Shown piece by piece: positions 60,520 through 64,000 of a DNA stretch of 64,000 nucleotides. The first letter of the stretch is position 1; each line of letters opens with the position of its first letter. Both the position numbers and the translations under genes were made by a program. Source of the DNA: Negativicutes bacterium (lineage in GTDB: Bacteria > Bacillota > Negativicutes > UBA1444); contig CAXXIN010000013.1 of the NCBI GenBank assembly GCA_963665275.2, positions 96,001 to 160,000 of the forward strand. Direction: 5' to 3'. Under the pieces are notes generated by a model. That model saw only the letters and a program-made list of their open reading frames with translations. It was not told where the DNA came from and searched no databases.

Positions 60520-61200
60520 CTACGCCCGCAAGCTCTGTTCAATCTCCATCATTCCCAAACTTCCCCTGCCAACCGGCTTGCCTTTTTCGAGAAACAGGAC
60601 CTGCGTTCCCATTGTTTGCGCCTCTTCCGGATCGTGTGTTACAAGGATAAACGGGATCTTCCATAAGGCTTGCATGCTGCGTAGTTCGGACTGCAACTCC
60701 AGACGAGTTTCCTGATCTAGAGACGACAACGGTTCATCCAAAAGCAAAATCTGCGGTTTGGCCATCAAAGCCCGCGCCAGAGCTACCCGTTGTTTTTCCC
60801 CGCCGGAAAGCTGCGTGATATTGCGCTCTGCAAGGTGCTCAATTCTTAGCAGACTCATAAGCTTCTCATACATATGCGCAGCTTCCTGCTCACAATACTT
60901 AACCCCGTACCAGATATTCTTTCGCACATTCATGTGGGGAAACAGGGCGAAATCCTGAAACATATAGCCAATCTGACGATCACGCGGCGGAACGAATACG
61001 TCGGTATCCGAGTCGAAAAACACCTGGTCATCGCAGACGATCCTGCCGATATCAGGCTTCAACAAGCCGGCTATAGAACGCAGCGTTGTTGTCTTGCCGC
61101 AGCCGGAAGGCCCGAACAACACCAAAATGTCGCTTTCGATGCTGAATTGGATGTTCAGGGAAAAATCAGGCAAATGTTTGGTAATATCGACAGACAGCAT
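60520..61200 (-). CDS. modC: Molybdate ABC transporter ATP-binding protein (no TOBE domain)
   Basis: GPSGCGKTT, FQDFALFPH, LSGGEKQRVALARAL; in the mod operon. Confidence 0.9.
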   Translation of the reverse strand: MLSVDITKHLPDFSLNIQFSIESDILVLFGPSGCGKTTTLRSIAGLLKPDIGRIVCDDQVFFDSDTDVFVPPRDRQIGYMFQDFALFPHMNVRKNIWYGVKYCEQEAAHMYEKLMSLLRIEHLAERNITQLSGGEKQRVALARALMAKPQILLLDEPLSSLDQETRLELQSELRSMQALWKIPFILVTHDPEEAQTMGTQVLFLEKGKPVGRGSLGMMEIEQSLRA

Positions 61201-61886
61201 CAAAACACCCCCTTCGTCGGCGCCGCGCAGTGTTTCTTCCGCGCCCAGAGATTGACCCAAAAAATCATGGAAAAAGTAATCAGACTAATGATTAGCACGT
61301 AAATGCCCGCCTGGCTCATATCATTCGATTCGGCGGCAAAGTAGATCGCCAGTGGAATGGTCTGCGTCTTCCCCGGAATATTGCCCGCTACCATGATCGT
61401 CGCGCCGAATTCGCCCAAAGCCCTGGCGAAGGACAGCACGATCCCCGACAACAACCCCGGCCAAGCCAGCGGCAGCGTGACCGTCCAAAACACTCGCCTT
61501 TCTGTTGCCCCCAAGGTCCGGGCGGCATCTTCCAGTTTGGTATCGACGCCTTGAAAGGCAGCCTTGGTGCTCTGGTACATCAGCGGAAAAGCCACGACAG
61601 TCCCTGCGAGAATCGCTGCATACGGGGTAAAGATGATCTGTGTGTGAAAATATTCTTCCAGAAATCTTCCCACCGGCCCTTGCTTGCCAATCAGGATCAA
61701 CAGCAAAAATCCGGTGACTACCGGCGGCAAGACCAGTGGCAAGGCAAAGATCGCCTCCACAGCGGCTTTTCCGCCGAACTCCCATTTGCGCATGGCATGG
61801 GCAAATAAAACACCGAAAATCACAACGAAAATCAGCGAAACAAACGCAACTTTAATCGATAACCATACTGGCTGCCACTCCGGCAT
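61200..61886 (-). CDS. modB: Molybdate ABC transporter permease
   Basis: LPLVLPPVVTGF, FARALGEFGAT, NIPGKTQT. Confidence 0.95.
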   Translation of the reverse strand: MPEWQPVWLSIKVAFVSLIFVVIFGVLFAHAMRKWEFGGKAAVEAIFALPLVLPPVVTGFLLLILIGKQGPVGRFLEEYFHTQIIFTPYAAILAGTVVAFPLMYQSTKAAFQGVDTKLEDAARTLGATERRVFWTVTLPLAWPGLLSGIVLSFARALGEFGATIMVAGNIPGKTQTIPLAIYFAAESNDMSQAGIYVLIISLITFSMIFWVNLWARKKHCAAPTKGVF

Positions 61887-61899
61887 CAGGACACCTGCC

Positions 61900-62721
61900 T
61901 TAGTTTTTTGTCAACGGATTGAAGCCGTATTTCACGAACACCTTCATCCCTTCCGGGCCGGCCAAATAGTTGAGGAATTCTGCAGCGGCCTTGGGCTGCT
62001 TGGAGGCGGCCAGAACCACTCCCGGGAAGATAATCGGTCGATGGCTTCCCGGAGGGGCTGTCGCTACGATTTTAACCTTGTCGCTGGTAGCCGCCACCGT
62101 CGAGAAGATAATGCCGGCTTCCGCATTTCCGGTTTCCGCATACGCCATCAGCGTACGGACATCCTTGCCCAGAACCGCCTTCGATTTTACCGTTTCCCAG
62201 ACACCCAGCGACTTCAACACCTCAATTCCATATTCGCCGGCAGGAACAGTTTCCGGCGCGCCCAGGCCGAAGTGCTGCACCCCCGGCAGCGTCAAATCCT
62301 TAAAGTCTTTGATGTCGAGTTTTGAGTTCTGCGGAACCACCAGCACCAGTTGGTTGCCCACTAGATTTTTACGAGTTTCAGTCTTGATCAGATTCTTTTT
62401 CTGCAATTCATCCATTTGCTTGACTGCCGCCGACAAAAAAACATCAGCGGGAGCGCCCTGCTCAATTTGGGCCTGCAAAGCGCCGGCAGCTGCAAAATTA
62501 TAAACGATCTTTACATTCGGCTGAATCGTTGCATAGTTTTTTTGAATATCCAGCAAAACTTCCTTGAGTCCCAAAGCTGCAGAAACGTTGATCTCAACAG
62601 TCTGAACCTTGGGAGGTTCGCCTGTAGACGACGCGGACGGCGCAGACGGAGCGCAACCGGCAACCCAAAAGAGGCTCGCTGCAAATACGACCAAACTCGC
62701 TAACGGTTTTACCAATTTCAC
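61900..62721 (-). CDS. modA: ModA-family binding lipoprotein with altered anion-binding residues
   Basis: Lipobox VAGC, IEQGAPADVF, VPAG, DVR; non-canonical AALGL / AAAGAL / IIFSTV. Confidence 0.85.
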   Translation of the reverse strand: MKLVKPLASLVVFAASLFWVAGCAPSAPSASSTGEPPKVQTVEINVSAALGLKEVLLDIQKNYATIQPNVKIVYNFAAAGALQAQIEQGAPADVFLSAAVKQMDELQKKNLIKTETRKNLVGNQLVLVVPQNSKLDIKDFKDLTLPGVQHFGLGAPETVPAGEYGIEVLKSLGVWETVKSKAVLGKDVRTLMAYAETGNAEAGIIFSTVAATSDKVKIVATAPPGSHRPIIFPGVVLAASKQPKAAAEFLNYLAGPEGMKVFVKYGFNPLTKN

Positions 62722-62771
62722 GCCAAATCACCTCTTCCACATCAATTACGTGTTTCACTTTCCCATCAGTG

Positions 62772-63578
62772 TTATTTTCCCATGACAAAGCCGTATTTTT
62801 CCAGAACCGATTTCCCTTCAGGCCCGGACAGGTACGCCAGGAATTCTTCGGCGGCTTTCGACTGTTTCGCTCCGCTCAGCACTGCAGCCGGGTAAATAAT
62901 AGGTTTGTGGGAGCCTTCGGGAGCAGTCGCGGCAATCTTGATTTTTTTGCTTGACGCGGCGTCCGTTTTATAAACAATACCGGCGTCAACATTGCCTGTT
63001 TCGACATACGTCAGCACAGTGCGGACATCCTTCGCCAACACCGCCTTTTCTTTGACCTTGTCCCAAATGTTCAGCTTTTGCAACACTTCCTGGGCATACT
63101 GCCCGGCCGGTACGACCGAGGGTTCGCCCACGCTGATTTGCTTAACTTCCGGTTTCAGTAAATCTTCAAACTTGGCCAAGCCCAGCTTGGAATCCTGCGG
63201 CACGATCAAGACCAGCTTATTCTCCACCAGATTCTTCCGCGTAGCCTTGTTGATGAGATTTTTGGCAGCCAATTCATCCATTTGCTTCGGCGCCGCCGAT
63301 ATGAAGATATCCGCCGGGGCGCCCTGTTCAATCTGTTTCTGCAGCGAGCCGGAAGCCCCCAGATTGAATACGAGTTTGACGTTCGGTTTCGCTTTCGCAT
63401 AATTGGTCTGGATCTCCGCCAGCGCATCTTTGAGGCTGACAGCTGCTGAAATCGTGAGTTCCAGAGGTTGCGGCGCCTCCGCCGCTTTGGGCGCGGCAGG
63501 CTGACTTCCGCCACAGCCAGCCACCGCTAGGCTGAGCGCCAATGCTCCGATCAATAGGATTCCGTACCATTTTTTCAT
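62772..63578 (-). CDS. modA: Molybdate-binding lipoprotein (canonical)
   Basis: AAVSL, GASGSL, IEQGAPAD, VPAG, DVR, IVYKTD. Confidence 0.95.
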   Translation of the reverse strand: MKKWYGILLIGALALSLAVAGCGGSQPAAPKAAEAPQPLELTISAAVSLKDALAEIQTNYAKAKPNVKLVFNLGASGSLQKQIEQGAPADIFISAAPKQMDELAAKNLINKATRKNLVENKLVLIVPQDSKLGLAKFEDLLKPEVKQISVGEPSVVPAGQYAQEVLQKLNIWDKVKEKAVLAKDVRTVLTYVETGNVDAGIVYKTDAASSKKIKIAATAPEGSHKPIIYPAAVLSGAKQSKAAEEFLAYLSGPEGKSVLEKYGFVMGK

Positions 63579-63607
63579 TTTAGTGTTCCCCCTTGTGCGA
63601 TTCGCTG

Positions 63608-64000
63608 TTATTTCGTGATTTTGCAGGTAATATCCAACGGGGTGGCATAGAGTACCGAACTCAAAACAATAATGTCCACATGCCGGGCGAATTCTCCTGC
63701 TGTCGCCAGATTGATTCCACCGGCTACCCCGACTTTGAGCTGCGGATTCAGCGCTTTGAGTTTCCGGACTATTTCCCCCAGCTCTGAAGCTTCGAAATGA
63801 TCCAACAACATCACGTCGACTTGCGAGGCGTATCGGTAGGCTTCCTCCACCGAAGACGGCTCGAATTCGATTTTATGTTGCATGGAATACAGGTCTTTCG
63901 GCAGCTCACCCAACAATCTCATGTGGTTCTGCGTTATCAAGATGGTATCGCTGAGCGAGTTGCGATGATAGATCGCCCCGCCCGCCAGAATGGCATCCAT
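63608..64000 (-). CDS. modD: ModD (QPRTase-like) protein, C-terminal part; start beyond the window
   Basis: ILAGG...HR..LSDTILI..NH, LDHF, AGGIN; upstream of modA. Confidence 0.75.
   Translation of the reverse strand: MDAILAGGAIYHRNSLSDTILITQNHMRLLGELPKDLYSMQHKIEFEPSSVEEAYRYASQVDVMLLDHFEASELGEIVRKLKALNPQLKVGVAGGINLATAGEFARHVDIIVLSSVLYATPLDITCKITK

Overview
Bacterial chromosomal DNA, most likely from a diderm Firmicute (Negativicutes/Sporomusaceae-like). This is inferred from glgD, sigma-H-type promoters and Asp23 occurring together with Wza and aas-lplT. Almost all genes are on the minus strand. 1-31.4 kb is a large Wzx/Wzy exopolysaccharide locus. It is bracketed by two paralogous BcsB-like proteins; the left one is missing from the ORF track because it runs off the window and carries a Trp-motif 108-bp repeat tail. 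No bcsA is visible. The locus also has a stand-alone PilZ protein between duplicated priming transferases, a degenerate BY-kinase, a non-lipoprotein Wza, a D-glucuronyl C5-epimerase homologue next to WecC, two GINT1-like beta-propeller proteins and several acyltransferases. Eight homopolymer frameshifts cluster at 6-11 kb and are probably read errors. To the right lie glgBCDAP, assorted housekeeping genes and a TetR-aas-lplT operon. Next come a kinase-free LacI/TRAP/Zn-dehydrogenase/transaldolase-family catabolic operon with three visible operators and an amino-acid ABC transporter whose leader has an ANTAR-type dual-hexaloop attenuator. The window ends in a molybdate operon with two ModA paralogues, one lacking all three hydroxyl ligand donors. 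No rRNA, tRNA, CRISPR array or transposase was recognised.
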